From Anthoceros angustus (lineage: Eukaryota; Plantae; Anthocerotophyta), in NCBI GenBank assembly GCA_010909165.1, contig MU008152.1:572689-636688 (forward strand): a DNA stretch of 64,000 nt. Direction: 5' to 3'. Both the position numbers and the translations under genes were made by a program. Under the pieces are notes generated by a model. The model saw nothing but the letters and a program-made list of their open reading frames with translations, was not told where the DNA came from and searched no databases. This document shows positions 49,140-62,572 of this stretch, one piece after another; position 1 is the stretch's first letter; every line of letters begins with the position of its first letter.

Positions 49140-49295
49140 TATTAGGAACGCCGAAGGCGTCACGGCGAGAACGGTCGAGGCCGCAGGCCGAGACCGTTTC
49201 AGGCCGTGGCGCCCGACGAGCGCTCGCTCGGGCGTAAGGGAGCGCCGAGGGCCGAGACGCCACCACTCGACTTCGACCGAGGTGTAGCCGAGGTC
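49140..49295 (+). other. Cluster of GC-rich DNA hairpins
   Basis: ACGCC-GAA-GGCGT (49148-60); CACGGC-GA-GAACGGTC-GA-GGCC-GCA-GGCC-GA-GACCGTTT-CAG-GCCGTG (49161-49208); CGCCCGA-CGAGCGCTCG-C-TCGGGCG (49210-34). Confidence 0.8.
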
Positions 49296-49432
49296 CGTAT
49301 GCATCTTTAGAATTGTTGCCTTGTGCAACCACTTTAAAAGTCTTTTTCTCTCTTCACGCTTTCACTTTCGCACTTCGGAGTTTTCACTTTCACGCTGCTA
49401 CGCTTTTTTTCACGCTTTTGGGATTTATCTTT

Positions 49433-51127
49433 CTAACTTTCTTCTTGGCGTTGAAGGGTGTGTACACCGCGATTTCGGATCCGCTGTCTTGAATAATACT
49501 TCTTCCTTTGTTCATTATACGGTCCAGATAGAAAGTTAATCATTTCAAAAATTTCGTCCAAACGGGAATATTTCGCAGCAATGGTAAATGTTACATACAT
49601 ATTAAATTTCACCACTGTAAATATGATATACTAACCTCAAATAGTGCAAACAACTCCTTTTGATTCTTGATAACTACAAACAAAAGAGTTAATATTTTAC
49701 CTCCATTTCAAGTCGAAGAAGATCTTGCTCGGTAAATACCTTTCTCACTAATGTGAGGCAATGGCTGTGAAGATTTCCCACACTACGGAAATGTGATTGG
49801 ACGTTCTGCAAAGAAGTATCAACGTTAGAATTTGCATATTTGGTAAATACGAATATTAATATTTTCCTTGTTTACATACAGAAATTGTTACAGAACTAAC
49901 CTTTTGAATGTTTTTTGTAGTTTCTGGATCTTCCATCAGAGTCAACAAGTCTGTGGTTTTTAGCTCCTTATTTTCAATGGCTGCTGATATTTCTACATTA
50001 CCAAAACACAAATTTCATTAGTACTACATAAACTGATTCAGTAAACTAAACTAAAAACAATATAAACCGATAACACTTACTTTTGGATCTCCATCGCTCT
50101 AGGGTTGTCGACCCATCTTCATTGCGATTGGGCTGGATCTTTGAGGCTATGTTCCCAAATGGGAACATATCTATTTTAAAATCTTGGAAGACTTGTGGAT
50201 CGAAAGTTATCCATCCATTTTCCAAAATCGACAAATTCTTCGATGGTCCATACGTTGGTGCATTATCTTCGACTCGCCTTTTTCCTCTTTTGTCCTTTGA
50301 AAAGATTAAAGTTATATAATACTTACAAATATACTAATTATTAATTACAAACATACAATAGCAATTACCTGATGAGAGATGGCTGTGTTGTTGATTTTGT
50401 CGTCCATTGCTTCAATTTTCTCCTTAATTTCCTTAGCTGCAGCAACTTGTTCAGCAGCACTCTGTAAACAAGGACATTAGTATTTATTACTGTAAACAAA
50501 TACATATAATACTGAGTGTTAGTTGTTTACCTCCAAAATCGACTGAATTGAGATCTGTTGTCCATTAAACCTCCGGACCAGAGTCATTGTTTCCAACTCT
50601 AATTGAGCCGTTGTTCGGAGATTCTTCTTAATATCCTGTAACCATATACAACTAAAGTGAGTTGCAGATACAGTCGTTGTACAGTCCTACAGAAAGTTGC
50701 AGAACCAAGTCTTTACCTTTTTAATTTTTTCCAGTTGGGCAGGCACCTGGCAAAGGAGCTGCAAGTCCTTTTTGTCCATTGATGTGAACATAGTGTGCTC
50801 CGTTAGTACTGTAACAAAGATATCGAGTTAGAAATGTTCAGTGGAGATTCAATTCGATAATTGAAATGTATTACCTTTCTCAACTATCTTCGTATCTCAA
50901 TGAGAGGGATTTCAACTTCACTGTCATCATATCCTGGATCCCCATGGGTGGGAACATTGTTGTTTGATCGCCATTTAAGGTTTGTTGGGTCTTTACTATT
51001 GTCTTCACTTTTCGGAAAAAAGTCATCAGCCATGGATTCATCAACTAAAATGGATTTTGAGGCGTAAATGATCATTACCTTCTTGGATGTCGACCATTTC
51101 ATCGTTGCTCTCATTCTCGGATGCCAT
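49433..51127 (-). CDS. Multi-exon gene of unknown function (short GT-AG introns)
   Basis: Introns 50809-50874, 50636-50716, 50462-50530, 50295-50368 and 49993-50080. The last four join into one frame: ...LQLLCQVPAQLEKIKK|DIKKNLRTTAQLELETMTLVRRFNGQQISIQSILE|SAAEQVAAAKEIKEKIEAMDDKINNTAISHQ|DKRGKRRVED...ERWRSK|KISAAIENKELKTTDLLTLMEDPETTKNIQK. Confidence 0.7.
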
Positions 51128-52339
51128 TCTCAAATAAAAGCAACGGTGCCAATGAATAACTTGAACTTTTGAAAAATGCACGTGCTTGCAACATCTGGCC
51201 GCAGTTGTCTTGCTGCGGCATGTTGTCTGCATGCCGCGTACTTTCAGCTGAGAAAATATACTACGGCAACACAAAGATCGGATATGACTTACGCTCAAAC
51301 CGGTTTCGCGCGTCTCAAGATATTCTCGGACATGCGCCTTCCAACGAATAGTTAGGAAAAACCCGTTAGAAATAAAATATGTTTATGGACTTTTGAACTT
51401 CGAGTGATCCAATATCAAGAAAGCGCGACGATGCATGCCACCGCTTAACGATGTTGCGGCATGCCTATAAATACCATAAAGTTGACTGAAGTTGTTGTCA
51501 CGGACGCTGATGTTGACTCAAACATCGAATGACCAATGCCGACTCTAGCTACATTTTGAACGAGGTTTAAGACAATGTATGCCTAAGGAAAGGATTTCAT
51601 TTGCATGCACCCCTCTAAAGGTTGAGACAGAAGCGTTAGTAGCCTCAGATGTGTGGCTGCATATCAAGCGCGGAGTCACTATGAACGGTTACGTCCGGAC
51701 GATTAACCGAGATTGCGAGATTAAGCGAGAATAAAGAGACAGATTAAGAGAGAAACGCGCGATCGAGAACTATCGAAGACTTGTTAGCGTTTTTAACGGT
51801 CGAAGCGCGACTTTGAAAACGGAAACGAAAGAAAGATAAGTTCACACCGTAGGCTTGTTACCGCTCCGATGTCTTCTTGCGTGGACTCAAGTGTGCGAGG
51901 TGTCTCGATTTCTGCGGAATTCAAGGTAAGAAAGGCAAGCAAACTTACAGAACGATAAGTGCTATTCACAAGCAAAGATCGAGGCAAGAGGCGAGACACC
52001 GGGTGTTAGCGAGGCCGCAACAAAGAATAAAAGACGCGACCACGAAGAGTGTTTGACGTCGTACCACGGAGGACGCTTGGCGAGACCTCTTGTTGTCTCC
52101 TTGGGTGAGAGGCTTACAGACCGTGAGTGGAAACCGGTCGGCCGGGAAAATCAAGGGCACACTAAGTTCTTGCACGAGCCCAACTCTCGCAAGTTCGGAA
52201 CCTTCGTTGTGAGGTATCCTGCGGTAGCAAATAACAAAACATGAGCATAGGCACAAAGGCAAAGACAAACAATTTCAAAGGCAAACAAACTCATGGCGTC
52301 AAGTTTTCACCTTTCTTGTTAATCCAACGTCTTAGAACG

Positions 52340-55300
52340 TGCTCTTCACCTCCGAGGTTAGCCACCGACGATGAGGTATTGCTTGTACGGTCGCTCGAAC
52401 CAAGGAGGAAGCCAGCGGAGTGGTGTGTTTTGATCCGAGGCGGACGCTCTGGGAAGGCAACAAAACTCGCTATTCACTACAGAAAGAAACAAAGGCGCGC
52501 AGGGCGGTGGGCGTTCATAGGTGAAGAGCCTGCCGCGAGGTGAGCAAGGACGAGAGAGAAAAGGAGGCTGTCGGTGGTGGGCGTAGGCGAGGAGGGAACC
52601 AGACCGGCTGGACGATGGAACACGCGAAGAGGACCAGGTGTGGCGAGGGCGAGAGTGACACTCGGCATGCAGGGCGGGCGAAGAAGGGGAGCAGCCTAAG
52701 CGTGGTGGGCGAGAAGTCCGAGGCGTGAGTGCCTTAAATAGACTTGAATTAGGGTTCGATGCTCAAGAGCCGTGTGGCGGTGTGTTCATTGGCGGTTTTA
52801 CCTTAAGAGGTTCGGAACAAGGTTAGGTGTTGCATGGCTAGGTTTGGAACAAGGTGACTAGGTTCGGTTGAGGAGGGCGCGCTGCCAGAATGGCGATCCT
52901 AGGTTGGTTTGGCCGCCCGGTAGGGTAGGTTTGGTATTTTCAAATTTGGTTCGGTAGAGAGTGGCGGTGCCGGCAGTGAGAAGGGTTAGGTTTTGGCCTA
53001 TATAAACGGGTTCACGGACCTCTTTGGTCTTTTGCGGTGCGTCGGACCTTCCAGTTTTACTCCTCGCTCCGGCGTCTCCATCTCGCCTCCCCTCTCTTTC
53101 TCTATGTCCCTACGCACACGCTTTGACGTCCGATTTCCAAGGTTGTTTCGCCAAGTTTCATTCTGCTTTTGTCCGAGGCCAAGGCGTTGGTTTCTCACTT
53201 GTTGCGGTCCAGGCCAAGGGTGTGCTGTCAAGGCGCTTTTGTAAGTCCAGTCCTAGCACTCCCTGCTTTGGCCCTCTAGCGTTCTTGTCTTTAGGTCGTT
53301 TTTGCGGCCTTGTGGTGTTTGCATCATGTAGGGTGATTCTGTTGCCTTGTTAGCTTGCCTTCTGGTTTAGTCCTTTCAAGGTTTTTGTTATGTGCTTGAC
53401 GCCGAGGAGTTTCGTTGTTCCTTGTTTACGTGGTGTCTTTCTTTTATGTTTACGCTTTATGCTTTCCGTCCGGCCAAGGTCTTCTTTGTGTTTCGTTTTC
53501 ATTGTTTTGTTCGAGGGCCAAGGGGCGCGTTGTCATTGTTGCCAAGGTGTCTGTCGTAACCTCCATGCGTTCGACTATAATTGTTTTAGCACTGCTTTGT
53601 TCTCACTTGCCTCCCACCGCTTGTCTACATGTGCGCTCTTTTGTGTGTGCTTGGTCTTCTGCTTTGCTCGTGTTCTCATTTTCTTCTGTTATTTATGTTT
53701 TGTAGCTCATCATCACTTCCACGTTGCCGACGGTGAGTGCTTTTGTTTGTGTGAATATGTTGTTTCGACCCGCTTGTTTCTTGTGGTATTTGGCCTCACA
53801 TGTTAATGTGTTGTCGCTTGTTGGCGTTATTCTTCGTTCAAGACGCCTGAAGTGCCTGATGATGTGTGTCTTGTCGTTGTTTGTCTTGTGTTTTCATCTC
53901 TCTGTTTCATTTTCTATATATGCTATGTCTTTTAAATGGATCATTTTGTTTCGCTTGGTGTTTATCTCGTCAGCTCACGTGTTCTGTTGTTTATCACTAG
54001 TGTCTTCGTCGCGTGTTTGTATCTTATCTCCATTCTGCTGTCTTCTTTGTGAAGTATAAACATTGTTCTCTCTATGCTTGATCAGAGCGCGACGACTGAT
54101 TGTATCACTTTTGTACGTAGCTGCCTCTCAAAGTGTTGCGTCCTTAACCCGGTTTGGTGTTACATTATTTATGCTCTTGTTTTCATGCAAGAGCTTGTTG
54201 TTCCATGCATCGCCTTGGGCAAAACATTTTAAGGTATTTGTCTTTTTCGATTGAGTTGTTCACATGCGGAACAATTATTTGTGTATGGTTTGTCATCGCA
54301 TGCCTTTGGTTATCGCTTGCTCGCCTTGATGTATGCTTCACTTTGTCCCTTGTATTTGGAAGGTAGTTAAGGATGTCTTTGCTTACTATCACCACCTGTT
54401 GTTTTGTTAGTCCTCAGGTCACGCTTTGATTTGATGTGTTTAGTTTAGTGTTTTGTCGACTTTTGTTCTTGTTGATTGTATCATGTGGGGTTTCTGTGGT
54501 TTGTCTTTTTTTGGTCATGGTTGGTGTTGCTTGGGTCCAATTGTGGTTCTTTTGCGCTGCTATGTTAGTTTCATCGTGTTTTTTTGTTGTCTTTTCTGGC
54601 CTTTGTTGCATCACCCACATCACCGGAAAAATTCTTAGGGTGTCTTGGATTTTAGTAAGAGATGTTTACCCTTGCCTTTTGTTTTTGTCTTCGGTTTCGA
54701 CAATCAAAAATGTCTCACCTCACTTCAAGATCGGGTAATTGGTCTCGTGTTTCTTCAGCCGTGTCCGGGATCATCAAGGCTCGTTGTGTCCACACTATTT
54801 TTCTATCAATTTGATTGGCGAAAAGAGTGTTTCGTGAAGTATGTGGGTTTGTTAAAATGGAAGTTTGCTCACTAACTTAAAATGGAAGGGATCTCAAAAT
54901 CTAACGGTGTATAGATCAAAGGATGTGTCTCTGCAATATCTCCCACAGCCCTGCCCTTCTTTTCGATTGTGGTATAATCAACTTTTAGACCCTTCAGCAG
55001 GTTCTCATTTGAAAGCATTCACCTCCATGTAAGTCTTTTCATATTGGTTTGCAAGTTCATTAACTGGTTCAAATGTTTTTTTTGTGTTTTGATCACACCG
55101 TTTTCTTTTGCGATGGCACCCAAAAGGAAACCCACCGGGCTGCTGGACCGGGAAAGAAGCAAGGGTCCTCGGTCAAGTCATGGCTAAGCCGTACACTGCA
55201 GCGTCAAGTCACCGCCTCCACATCGCAACTCATCCACCGCAGGATGATGGTAAAGTTGATGGTGTGTTGGTGCAGTGAAGGAACATATTTAGTTCCAAAA

Positions 55301-58300
55301 AGGCATTCCTAAACCGCCAAGGCACTTCTCATCCAAGAAGGATGCTCGACGTGCAGCTGAGTTTGTCTAAGAGGAGAAGGGTGACACTGACCTGGCATTG
55401 GTTGAAGGTCCTCTGGAGATTACTAACTATGTCCCATTGTCCGAGAGAGGGGTCCAGCTTGTGGGGAGAATGATTTCTTGATAACAGACGATCCCATGGT
55501 TGTGAGCCAAAGCTCTGGAGTCTAGAGATTTGTGTCGGTTGAACAGATGCTTCTGGTGGGCGCTTTTCCATGCCTGTGGTTCCCGACCGAGTCATCCCCG
55601 ATCAAGAAGTGCTCGATATGTTTGAGAGGCTAAAGTGTGCCGGTCCCAAGATGACTTTGCCATGGGTATGGAGGAAATTGATGATGAAGAATTTGTGATT
55701 TGACCCGTCCAGAGGGTGAATGATGCTTTGAGTGGTGGGAGGATAGGTCAAACGCGTAAATAACAAGTCGCCTCGGCCTTTATGAAAGTGAGTGGGGTCG
55801 GATGGATACTGTTGAGGATATTCCTCACAAGGATCTAAATCTTATTCGATACCCTTTTTCCATCAAGTTCGAATCAAGGACAACAGGAGATTTTCTCGTA
55901 AACGTAAGTAGTGATGTTTTCTTACTTGTTGATTTTGATAGTTCGACTTTCCTTCACATGACCGACGATCTTCACTTGTGCAGATGTCTTTCTTTCGTGG
56001 GTTTAACCGATTTTAACAAGGAAGTGCATCTGAACCAAAGCCGGCTTGGTTCGATGTTCATGATCAACATGTTTCATGGAATTTTCCATGGGTGTGCATT
56101 GGTTGCGCCCATGAAAATCAGCAAGGACCTTGGGATTGTGTCATGTCGAAAAGAGGTGAAGTTGATTGCGATGATGAGCGACGATTCTTTCCACAGAGAT
56201 CATCAATGCTCATTTGGGGGCTCAAAAGGTAATATTGTTGGTTTTGGGGTGCACTTTGATTGTTCATTTATGGTCTTAAACCCGAGCCCTTATGCTATTG
56301 TTTGCAGTGTGTGCATATTTTTGCATGACCGTTTTTCGAGGTGGTGAAGAGTTACATAACCCGCTCATTAGGGACTTCTTTTGCATCGATTCAGTGGACC
56401 TTTTGTTCAAGAGGGTGTAGTGTTTTGTTTTCTGTTGTTTGATGTTTTGATGTATCGTATTGAGCTCGTCTTCATTTGCGTGTATGAAGAACGGCATTCA
56501 AAAATTACAAAGTGGATATGAAGAATTACCGAGTGAGCATTTCACAAAAGGTCAAGATCTAAAAGGACGTGATCGAAACTTTTAAAAGTCATATTGATCA
56601 CTCTCCCAAGTGGTCTCGCACATGACAAGAATTTGTCAATTCGTGGGTTTCTCTTCAATTCAACCATTGATAACCCAAGATCAATGTAAGTTTTTGGTTT
56701 ATTGGGCTTGAGTTTTGTGGTTTGTATATCGCTTGTTTTTTTGTTTAGGCTTGGTATGCAAAACTTCGTGTTTCAAAAGGAATGTCAAGGTTTATGAAGA
56801 CCATGGTAAGTTGGGCTTGTTACACACAATAAGAGCTGCCGTAACGATGATTACACGCTTGACGATGGCTCGTGCCCTCGATCCGGGAGAAGTGTGACCG
56901 CCATAAAACGGATGCCGGATTTTCAAGGTAATATGTTGTGAAAGCTTGTGACATTTGAGTCTTTGTATGCTTCCCGACGCTCGATATGTTTTGCGAGATA
57001 TGACCGTCAAGCAAACAAAGTGCAAGAGTTCTTGTTCGGTGAACCACGATCTTATCGAGCTTTTAAATGAAGAACTCAATCGGATGCGGATGATTTAAGG
57101 GTGTTCTTCCGTCAACTGTTGAATGTAACTCACGAAATAGTATTTTCGAGTCACCAAGATCGCCTTGCAAGTGCAACACGTTAGTAATGTAAGTGTTTGA
57201 GATTTGTATCAAGTATGTAGGGACTTGTGTCAAAATCCTGTGTCCTGACTTGTTTTTGATTTGTCAGGTGTTTCTCCTGTGGCCACTCCTGTTATTCATC
57301 ATGAAAGCAGACCCCTGAACAATGTTGGGACTGAACTGAGTTTTTCTGCACCATGTGGTCCACTGTGTCTTGAAGTTCAGGTTGGTATTGTGAAGTTTCT
57401 TTGTTGTAGTCTGGCCATGTTAGTTTTTTTAATCATACGGTTTGTTTTACCGTGCACCTTCTGTTGTTAAGGCATCCAGATGGATACTAGCAAAACCAGG
57501 GTGTTCTAGTGAAATTCCATATGTTGACAAGGTTGATTCTTTGCTTGTTTGTTGTTTCATTCATTTTGGAGTTTCGATTGTGTTCTTCTTGGCATTGTGA
57601 ATCCGACTAGTGTAAGGCCATCATCCCTCATTTCAACATTGATACCGAGGGAAGTTGATGCGTGGTCCCTCCGTTGGAGGGCATTGTGCAGTGAGTGTGA
57701 TCACCATCCGAAGTTAACCAGATGTAAATGTGGCCGTAGCACCTCGATATATTGCACTCGGATCGCAAATGGAAATGGAAGTGGCTTTGAGCGGCTTGCC
57801 GAGATCTCCAGAACGGAATTGGAGAATGACAAATTGAAATGTGAAATGGAGTTTCAGCAAAAGGATTTGGAGGCACTTATAGAGAGACAGGCGCGCTTGA
57901 ATTACGAGTCTCTAAGCAAGAGAGAAAGCCCTTGAGATTCGTGAGGAGAAATGTGGAGAGGAGACAAGAGCATTAAGCATCAAGAGAAATCAAGGCAGCA
58001 GAAAGAGGCAAGAGGTTCGGAGATTACAGTGGGAAAGACAACAGAGTGTAAGGATGTGCCTCGAGATATTTCAATCGCTATCTCGCGAAAATCCGTCGGG
58101 ATCGGTAAGCTTTATGCTTTTTATTAATCGTTTTACTAGATTGAAAATTAATGGTTGTGTTGTTATTAGGTTGTGACCTTGCGGAAGATGGTCAATTTCG
58201 CCCAAGTCCTCATTCATCAATTGCCAATTATGATAATGCTGTACAAGTACCAATCAAGCCAAGTGGTCGTGAAAATTACATTTTCAATCAGTATAATTGT

Positions 58301-58850
58301 AGAAATTTCCCAAAATAAGGTGAGTATCAATATTTATTTTAGTGTTTCTAGTAGCAGCGTAATTACGGTTTGGGTGCTAATTTTGGTTTTGTTTGTAGGT
58401 TTTGTTGAAGCAGTTCACTCTATCGGTATTTACTCTTCATTAGTTGAATTTGTATTTCATGCGGATATACAGGAAACTCGCAAAGAAAAGGTTCTTTGTT
58501 GGTTTTGTATATCCCGGATCCGCATGAATATTATTTAACAGAAAATGTTTTGTCGATTAGCGATTTTGGTGGGATTTCTAGAATGAGCTTCACTAGACTG
58601 GTATTCACTTGGTCGTCATGTTTTCTACTCTAGTGCTCGCTTTCCACCTTGATGGTAGATCATATTCACCCACTTGGCATGTTTTCTACTATATTGTAAT
58701 GAATTTTACTATCTTGGTAAAATAATGGCCAAAAGGTCAATTCTCTCTCTAAAATTTCACAGAAAAAACCAGGCTGAGCGGACAGGCCGCGACTTTCTGT
58801 TGCATCAAAGCGGCGGGAGAGAGTAAGATCACACGAGGAAGTAACGCTCT
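52340..58850 (+). mobile_element. Crypton-like element, copy 2 (inverted; ends approximate)
   Basis: Promoter block at 52730-53010, T/G-rich leader, recombinase gene, and a 3' region matching the reverse complement of 35945-36700. Confidence 0.75.
55113..58080 (+). pseudogene. Tyrosine recombinase, copy 2
   Basis: ATG GCA CCC AAA AGG at 55113; DTVEDIPHKDLNLI; RGGEELHN (56337); NKSCR (56828-42), TMITRLTMA, (G)HKTDAGFSR; C-terminal ELENDKLKCEMEFQQKDLEALIERQ. Confidence 0.8.
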
Positions 58851-60039
58851 CGAGCAAGAACAAAAAGGCAAGCTTTGCCGACAAAACAAACAAACGCACA
58901 GAACCATGACGGTGATAAATGTAGGCCAACATGTCATTTTGCAAAGGTATTAACCAACCTCTCTTCGTCCAACAACCTCTTGCGACGATTACTCCTGCGT
59001 TCAAAAGGAATAGAAGACAATAAGAACAAAATATCGCTCAACATTATGAAAGCCATCAAGAGAAGATAACATACATTTTCCAAGCAACATATGCGTAAAC
59101 GCAGAGAAACCAGTTGACACAAAAGACATTTGATGACTTACCAAAGTGGTCCCGATCTATGACCGCCACTTCAAACGAAAACTTGACTGCATCAAAACAC
59201 AGCGGGAGAGGGTTACAACACACGAGCAAAGCGAAAGCTGTCCGAGAACAAAGACTTGAACAGTTGCATTAGCTGCTTTAAACGACACATTTTAAACCAA
59301 CAGAAACAAAACTACACGAAGACACACAGTAACTGAAACCTAAATAACAAAAACGATCAGGTAACGCGATAGAGACAAGAAGACGTGCAAGACAAAAGAA
59401 ATGATACCAAGCCATGGAACCACAACGACAACAAGTGACAGATAAAGGGGACACTTCCAACAAACAAACAAACAAGCAATACGAGATTTTGCAGAAGAGA
59501 AAGAACACAAGTATCACACATGCAACAGGACTGAACAAAAGTAAGCCTAGCTACAACCACAGAAGCTCGAAAGCTCCAAGTCGAAGACAGTTACGGCTGG
59601 TCGTTTACATGAAAAAGAAGTAACACCATCGACGGGCGTAATAAAGCAAGATCAAGAACTAACTGAACTACAAAGAACGAAATCAAATAGAAACAAAGCA
59701 CTAGGGACATACAAATCGATAACATCTTAGCGTGTCTTTCCTAAGAAAGATAAACAATCAGTGCAAAGAACAACATCAACAACAGGACATAATACACAAA
59801 ACATCCTACGATATATATAGAAACTTGAATACACTACCACCATAGCGGTAGACAAAACACCAAACCCACTAGAAACAAAGAATGAAATGACCAAATACAC
59901 TACTCCAGAGTAACGAAGCAACAACAAAACCGCACAAAACAACAAGACACAAAAACAACATCAAGGAATGAAAACAACGTGAACGCAGATGGACAGCGAC
60001 TTCAAATGGGAGCAAAAGGCCTTAACCTTTAAGCGAACA

Positions 60040-60356
60040 GAAACCTTGGCCTTCGGTACCAAACAACCTTGGCCTTCGGACTAAGCAAGCACATGGACCT
60101 TAGAGGCAAAGACACCTTGGCCTTCGAACATGGGAACCCCTTGGCCTTCGAAAAAGAACCTTCAAAACAGAGCAGCAAAACCTTGGCCTTCGAAACAAGC
60201 TTTACCGACACCTTGGCCTTCGAACGAAGGCTGAGAAAGGCCTTAACCATTGGAAAGGGCCTGAAAGAAACCTTGGCCCCAAAACTTAAACGACCTTCGC
60301 CTAGCGAACCTAGAACACCTTGGCCTTCGAATGAGCTACACACCTTAGCCTTCTGG
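60040..60356. repeat. Dispersed array of ~9 ACCTTGGCCTTCG motifs
   Basis: Copies near 60043, 60066, 60114, 60138, 60180, 60210, 60270, 60317 and 60342; an equivalent array lies at 44515-45030. Confidence 0.85.
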
Positions 60357-61138
60357 AGCAACCAAAGACGCTGGCTCGAAACTAGAACTAGACCTTCCCA
60401 AAGAGGAAGGAAGACCTCACTAAACTAAACACAAAGCAAAACACCTAAGCCTTGCCAGAGACTAGACCACCTCGGACTTGAAAAGACAGAATGACAAAAG
60501 AACTCGCTCGAGGGAAGCCATTTATATAGGCCAGCAAACCCTAAACATTCTCACCGCGGCGCCGCCGTTCTCTCTCTACCAAGCTGGTTTGAATTTACCG
60601 AACCTAACATTCCGAGCCCAATTCCAAACCACCGTAGGTTTGCCATTCGCTGACGCCGCCGCGCTGTTCAACCAAACCTAGATTCAATTTTCCAAACCTA
60701 GCCTAACGACCAAACCTAATCTCCGAACCCCGATGCGCAGGCGAACTGCTACCGCCAACCACGATCGCCACGCATGCCCACCATCGAACCATCTAGAACC
60801 CTAACTTTCAAGATTTAAACAAAGATGCACATAGGGTTACCGGTCACTAACATCACGCCGCCGCTGGGGCCGCGGGCGCGTCCGACACGATCACGCTGTC
60901 GCCAGAGTGACCTCTTGCTCACGCTTACGTCCTCGGAGAAGGTGGGCGCAATCGGCTCCTTCCTTTCATCTAGGTCGCCCACTACATGCATCGATGCACT
61001 TCTTTGTTCACCGCTTTCTTAGTTCCGGATCTAGGTGGGTATGCCTAATTGCGCCTCCGACTCACGAAACCATCCGATCACGCCCTTGCAGCCCACACGG
61101 TGGTCCGCCATCTCCCCGCCACCGCCACGACAAGAAGT

Positions 61139-61755
61139 CTCGACGGCGCCCTCCGTGGGTACGACGTCAAGCACACTTACGCCTCTTCTCTTTTGTTTTC
61201 GTTGCAGCCCAATTGCCAACGCCACTGTCCGGGCTTTTGCTTCCGCCTGCTCCCGGTAGCCTCGTAATCGCTCGTGAGTTTGTGCTTTCAACCGCCTTGC
61301 TTTGTGATTTAATTTGCGTAAGTCTCGAGACATAGCGCAAAAACCCTCGACGGCGCCCTCCGGGTACGCTTGTCACACACGCCGTCGGTTTCTCTTTTGT
61401 TTTCGTTGCAGCCCAATTGCCAGCGCCGGTATCTCGCGGGCTTTTGCTTCCGATCTTAGCTCTGGTAGCGTAATCGCTCTGTGAGTTGCTTTCAAGCGCC
61501 TTATCAAGTGATTTAATTTGCGAAGTCTCGAGACATAGGCTCAAAACCCTCGGCGTCCTCGTGGTGCGTTGTCAAGCACACTTACGTCGTGTCTATCTCT
61601 TTTGTTTTCGTTGCAGCCCAATTGCCAGCGGTATCTCGCGGGCTTTTGCTTCGATCTTCGCTCTGGATAGCACTGTCGCTCTGAGTTTCTTGCTTTCAAG
61701 GCCTTGCTTATCAAGTGATTTATTCTTTGCGAAATCGAGAGACATCACAAAACCA
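61139..61755. repeat. ~205-bp tandem repeat x3
   Basis: ttttgttttcgttgcagcccaattgcca...gggcttttgcttc...gtgattta recurs at ~61191, ~61395 and ~61600. Confidence 0.9.
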
Positions 61756-62572
61756 CTTGTGGTCCAACAGTAAGAAGTAATCGTGAATAAGACGCTGTGT
61801 CGCTAAATGACCTTACTTCCATTTGCTTGTTTCCTTTTTCAAAGTCCACCATCGATCAAGAATAAGCTATGTGTCCTCGATAGTGTTGTCTCGACCGCTT
61901 GACGCTTTGCATCGGCTTAATCTTCGCTTTTGCACCTAGATCACGACACCAGAAACACGTGGCCATTAGTGTGGTGTCTGCAGGGTCCAACCACACGAAA
62001 AACCACAACCGTAAGTCACCCTACTTTTGCTTTTTGAAGCTTGTATCACGCATGCAGTAGTTATAGAAGCATGCAAATGTCGCGCATGGTAGTTGCGGAG
62101 ATGCACTTGCGTTGTTCGGGATGACGACAGTAAAGAGTGCGCCCACGCCCCGTGTGGACGCCACTGCATGCTTGACGTGTCACCGCCAACAATGTGTCGA
62201 GTCAACGCCTTGTAGATGCTAAAGTGGCATGCCGCAACACGCGGCGCTGAGTGGCATGCAACACGCGGCGCTGAGTGGCGGCATGCCGCAACACGCGGAT
62301 GTGTTACATTTGTTATGCACTTTGTAAACTCACGCCCTCTCCTCCTCCGAAGTGTTTGACCAAAGGTCACGCAAGAAGGCGCCACCCTAGTGTGGCACGT
62401 CCGTTCAATAATTCTATGGTCATTTTGAACAACGTGTCGGAGGTTGGGTGCGGTGAAACTATTGCATGGTTGGGTTGGCCGGAAGCAAAGGTAAGGGTTC
62501 GTCGGTAAAGACTCGTTCTTTGAGTCTTTAGCGAACTTTGCCATCCTGCGTAAAACATGCAATCTTGTGTAA

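Larger units (their letters stand above)
58855..62300 (-). mobile_element. Crypton-like element fragment, copy 4 (leader, promoter and upstream arm; no TIR insertion)
   Basis: Colinear with 40435-41715 plus 44121-46500. Confidence 0.75.

Noticed and set aside
53000-55100. Many hydrophobic Cys/Phe/Val/Leu-rich ORFs (also 59278-59945 and 44223-44501)
   Set aside because: They are by-products of extreme T/G strand bias in the element leader, and are not conserved in frame between copies.
60040-60356. CRISPR-like repeat-spacer pattern
   Set aside because: The repeat is only ~13 bp and spacer lengths are highly irregular.
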